In this document: in pieces, positions 62,501 through 64,000 of the stretch
Layout: every line of letters begins with the position of its first letter
Numbering within the stretch: the stretch's first letter is position 1
NCBI GenBank assembly: GCA_965287045.1
Contig: OZ336874.1
Span: forward strand, 76,942,001 to 77,006,000
DNA: 64,000 nucleotides
Direction of reading: 5' to 3'
Source of the DNA: Carcharhinus amblyrhynchos
Lineage: Eukaryota
Made by a program: the position numbers and the translations under genes
Notes under the pieces: model-generated
Database searches by the model: none
The model's input: only the letters and a program-made list of their open reading frames with translations
Told to the model about the DNA's origin: nothing

Positions 62501-64000
62501 CTGCATGATCAAGGTCAGATTTCAAAAATGGTGTATATGTTATCTTCTTGACTGGTCCATCACCTAACCTTCCCTGCCACCCATCAACTGCTGTCCCCCC
62601 ACCCCCATCATCTTAGACCTACCCAATATCATTTTCCTCTTCCTTCTGTCACTCTTGAACCCCTCACACCCACTCATTACCCAGAACTCTTAGTTGGATC
62701 TACCACCAATGTCCTGAGTTGACCCCACCACTTGCACTGCCCTTTAAGGTACTCTTTCCCTCTTCTCCCCAGGCACTTTTTCACACCACCTTCCCTGTTT
62801 AGCCTGCTTATTGTGTCCAGCCTCAAAGGTGGTGGAAGAATTGAAATTTGCCAGGCTCACACCACTTGTATTCAGAGGTGGAAACAGAGATTCTAAATTC
62901 TTGCTGGTGGGAAACTTAAATTAGAGGGTGAACTTAATTCTGGCGCGTTGTCCTTTTAACAAGCGAGTGCGAGATACTGAAGCATGCAAATAGAGTTTCC
63001 GACCTTGTTCATTGGGAGGTTTTGACCCGCCATAAGAGTCAGGAAAACAAAATTCAAACAGCTTATCTCAATCGAGAAACAGATTTTTTAAACTGTTGCC
63101 CAGTTAGGTGCCTCCGACTGCCATGACTCCTGCTGCAGCAGAATGGGATGGTGCCATCCAATGGAAGTAATGTAGCCAGTTTAGAGGTGAGTGGTCTTTT
63201 GTTTTGCAGTTTCTTTTACATACTGAGTTTTGGAATTAAGTACCTGCTATTTTGTGGGACTAGAAACTTGCCCTCCTGGAGGTTCAGCATCATGTGGAGA
63301 ATTCAAAGGATGAGGCAGCTTCATGTTACTCCACAGTGCTGTCCATGCTGCCTGGTTGTTCTTTGCAGGCATTAAGTATTGGGCTTTGCCCTATTGGGCA
63401 GTTATTCCTTAAAATTTCCAATTTCCTTCACACTAAAACAAAATCACCCTGAACTGTCGAGTCGGTGACCCTATCCTGATAGGGGGCTGGTGACAGGGGA
63501 TTTGTGGGATGGGGGGAAATAGCTCTGTGGTAACTTGAAGATTTTTTCATGTTATGTGAGCCATGCTGCTCAGTAAATTTACTGAGCCAGGATGCTTGTT
63601 AAAATGGTGCCACTTTCAGAATAAAGTATTAAAAATTCAATTGACCCAGCCACTTTAAGACCTGAGAAGCACTCATTTCTGCTGAGTCAGTTCCTTTGTA
63701 AGAGTTAATTGTATCAATGTCCCTTCTTATTTAGTGTGTTTACTATTCCGTAGGTCTGTTTAAGTGCTGGAAAACATTTTGTTCTTTGTCATATTACCCA
63801 TCAGTATCCTGTTTTAAAATTCAATAGATAAACATTCCTACAACGACTAGACCATAACTCTATTGCGGTAAATGCTGTTCCTACATTATTCATGCCTTAT
63901 ATTTTTCTGTTAGATTTCTTTATTTAGTTGAGATAGAAACTGAAATAATACTACGTTCTTAACTCTTTTTTGTAGTAAGAACTCTCAGTTAATGGCTGTT

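Larger units (their letters stand above)
25954..64000 (+). other. EFNA5: EFNA5 intron 1 (continues beyond the window)
   Basis: GT donor at 25954. No exon-2 peptide ([23 protein letters not shown]-like) was found in the ORF track or by eye. EFNA5 intron 1 is very long in other vertebrates. Confidence 0.85.

Overview
Repeat-rich vertebrate genomic DNA, almost certainly from a cartilaginous fish (shark), judged from HE1/V-SINEs, HER1/CR1 LINEs and SacSINE1-like DeuSINEs. The only host gene I can support is ephrin-A5 (EFNA5): a CpG-island promoter at ~24.6-25.2 kb and a first coding exon at 25835-25953 (+). The rest of the window (25954-64000) appears to be its long first intron, with no exon 2 visible. 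The upstream 24 kb is a dense, nested collection of decayed CR1, RTE, PIF/Harbinger and SINE elements. The most unusual signals are (i) a short interspersed element headed by a modified U2 snRNA 5' fragment (1300-1508, -) and (ii) two tiny, TSD-flanked Penelope-like inserts built around a minimal hammerhead ribozyme (10893-10977 and 61177-61316). Family assignments come from motif recognition by eye, not database searches, and most repeat boundaries are approximate.
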